Below, piece after piece: positions 62,790-64,000 of a DNA stretch of 64,000 nt. Position 1 is the first letter of the stretch, and the number at the start of each line of letters is the position of its first letter. The notes beneath the pieces were generated by a model, which worked only from the letters and a program-made list of their open reading frames with translations, ran no database searches and had not been told where the DNA came from. The DNA is taken from positions 9,434 to 73,433 of the forward strand of contig JBIKUX010000014.1 of the NCBI GenBank assembly GCA_044347345.1, in the 5' to 3' direction. The position numbers and the translations under genes were made by a program. The DNA comes from Bdellovibrionota bacterium. GTDB taxonomy: Bacteria > Bdellovibrionota_C > UBA2361 > JBIKUX01.

Positions 62790-63864
62790 ATTTTTTGTAA
62801 GAGTTGGAGTTATATTCTTTTTTTTTGCAATAGTTTTTACTCTAGCTTTAATACCAGTTTCTTTTGCCGAGTCTCTCAGAGCCAATACTAATGATAAGTG
62901 TTTAACTTCAAATATTCTTGCTGTTAAAGCCGTAGGGAGTATTGAAACTAATCCATCTAAGGCAGCGGAAGTTTTATTAGCAGCTCTTGTTGAATGCCCA
63001 GGTGTACCGGAAGTATCGTATAATCTGGGTGTAGCACTATCGCGTCTTGGACGTAATGATGAAGCTTTAACTCACTTCCGCTCTGCTCTCTCCGATAAGT
63101 CAACCAGAGAGTTTACTGTGGGCTATTTAAGAGCATTGATGAGTAGTAGTGGTAGGGAAGATGAAGTTATTAAAGAATTTGAAAAAGCATTATTGGAAAA
63201 TCCTAGTGATGTAGGGTTAGCTCATGATTTAGCTAACTATTACTATGAGCATCCACGTGATGAAGTTAGGGTTCTTTTAGAAAAAGCTTTAAATAGTGAT
63301 TTAAAGGATGTGGTAATAAATAGAGCACTTGGTGTTGTAGCTTTTAGAAAGGGTATTTATGCGGAAGCTATTAAGTATCTTGAGGTAGTCTACGAAAAGG
63401 AGAGAGTTTTTGAAATTGGCTTATCGTTAGCCGAAAGTTACTTTAAATCTGGTTTATATGGTCAAGCTCTTCCAGTTCTTTTAAGTATGCGAGAGATGTC
63501 TCCTCACAATGAAAAAGTTTGGGCATTTTTGGCTAATACATATTTGAAAATGAGTGATGAGGATAATGCTCTTACAAGTTTTGAAGAAGCCAGTAATGTA
63601 GCATCTAGTAATGTTAATTATGCTTTAAATGCTGGCCAATTAGCTTATTCTTTAAAGCATTATGAGAGGTCGCTACGCGCATATGATAAAGCTATCGCAG
63701 CTGGAGCGCGTGACCCAGAAATTTTTTACGCTGCTGGGGTCTCTGCTTATCGAGCCGGTAAGTTATCGCAAGCTGAGAAACTGTTCAAACAGACCTTGAA
63801 AAAAAACCCCTACCATAAAAACGCCCAAACTGCCCTCGAAACTCTCTCGCCTCCCGATCCGTAG
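62644..63864 (+). CDS. TPR-repeat exported protein
   Basis: Hydrophobic signal-like segment ending SFA, then many TPR units (YNLGVALSRLGRNDEAL etc.). The start codon is uncertain. Confidence 0.85.
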   Translation: MGTVTIKFLPDVIRRRSSIQLFRMLKLSYWTLLLNNCGQLQSQPQNQRKFFVRVGVIFFFFAIVFTLALIPVSFAESLRANTNDKCLTSNILAVKAVGSIETNPSKAAEVLLAALVECPGVPEVSYNLGVALSRLGRNDEALTHFRSALSDKSTREFTVGYLRALMSSSGREDEVIKEFEKALLENPSDVGLAHDLANYYYEHPRDEVRVLLEKALNSDLKDVVINRALGVVAFRKGIYAEAIKYLEVVYEKERVFEIGLSLAESYFKSGLYGQALPVLLSMREMSPHNEKVWAFLANTYLKMSDEDNALTSFEEASNVASSNVNYALNAGQLAYSLKHYERSLRAYDKAIAAGARDPEIFYAAGVSAYRAGKLSQAEKLFKQTLKKNPYHKNAQTALETLSPPDP

Positions 63865-64000
63865 TCTCTAGGCTGCTGTGTATTGGAGTAGGGATAGGTA
63901 TGAGAGGAAGAGGCAGTGATGTTATGAGAAGTGAGCTATTAGTATAATTTAGAGAGATTTTTGGTTGTGATGAGTCAGGTAGAGAGTATTTAAGTGAATT

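Noticed and set aside
63908-63919. 12-bp reverse-complement match to 53815-53826
   Set aside because: Matches this short are expected by chance in 64 kb.

Overview
A 64-kb AT-rich bacterial chromosomal window, mostly housekeeping. Gene order and content suggest a deltaproteobacterial/Bdellovibrionota-like organism (inference only). It spans the replication origin: dnaA-[oriC]-dnaN-recF-gyrB, with DnaA boxes, a DnaA-trio-like run, an AT-rich unwinding element and a visible C>G to G>C strand-skew switch. Other recognisable genes are a 7TM-HD phosphodiesterase, phoH, cinA, two M23 peptidases, galE, mpg, wzm/wzt, lemA-TPM-TPM, ruvX-mltG, a MoxR/DUF58/vWA operon, an EVE protein, an AmpD-like amidase, an SPFH pair, an ABC pair, a Ser/Thr kinase-receiver hybrid, secA, hemW, glnA, topA, mnmG, aguA/aguB, rnhA, an RluA-family enzyme, trxB and atpE/atpB. 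I recognised no rRNA, tRNA, CRISPR array or mobile element. The most interesting item is the 819-aa orphan at 10682-13141. By motif reading it is a HAM1/ITPase-like domain fused to two LOG/SLOG-like domains, which makes it a candidate nucleotide-sanitising, nucleotide-depleting or defence enzyme; it lies next to a 146-aa orphan. Also notable are pervasive 12-19 bp tandem micro-duplications, a triplicated aguB start that creates two mini-ORFs, and a secreted beta-helix protein with a Cys/Arg-rich tail. All domain calls are by eye; no searches were run.
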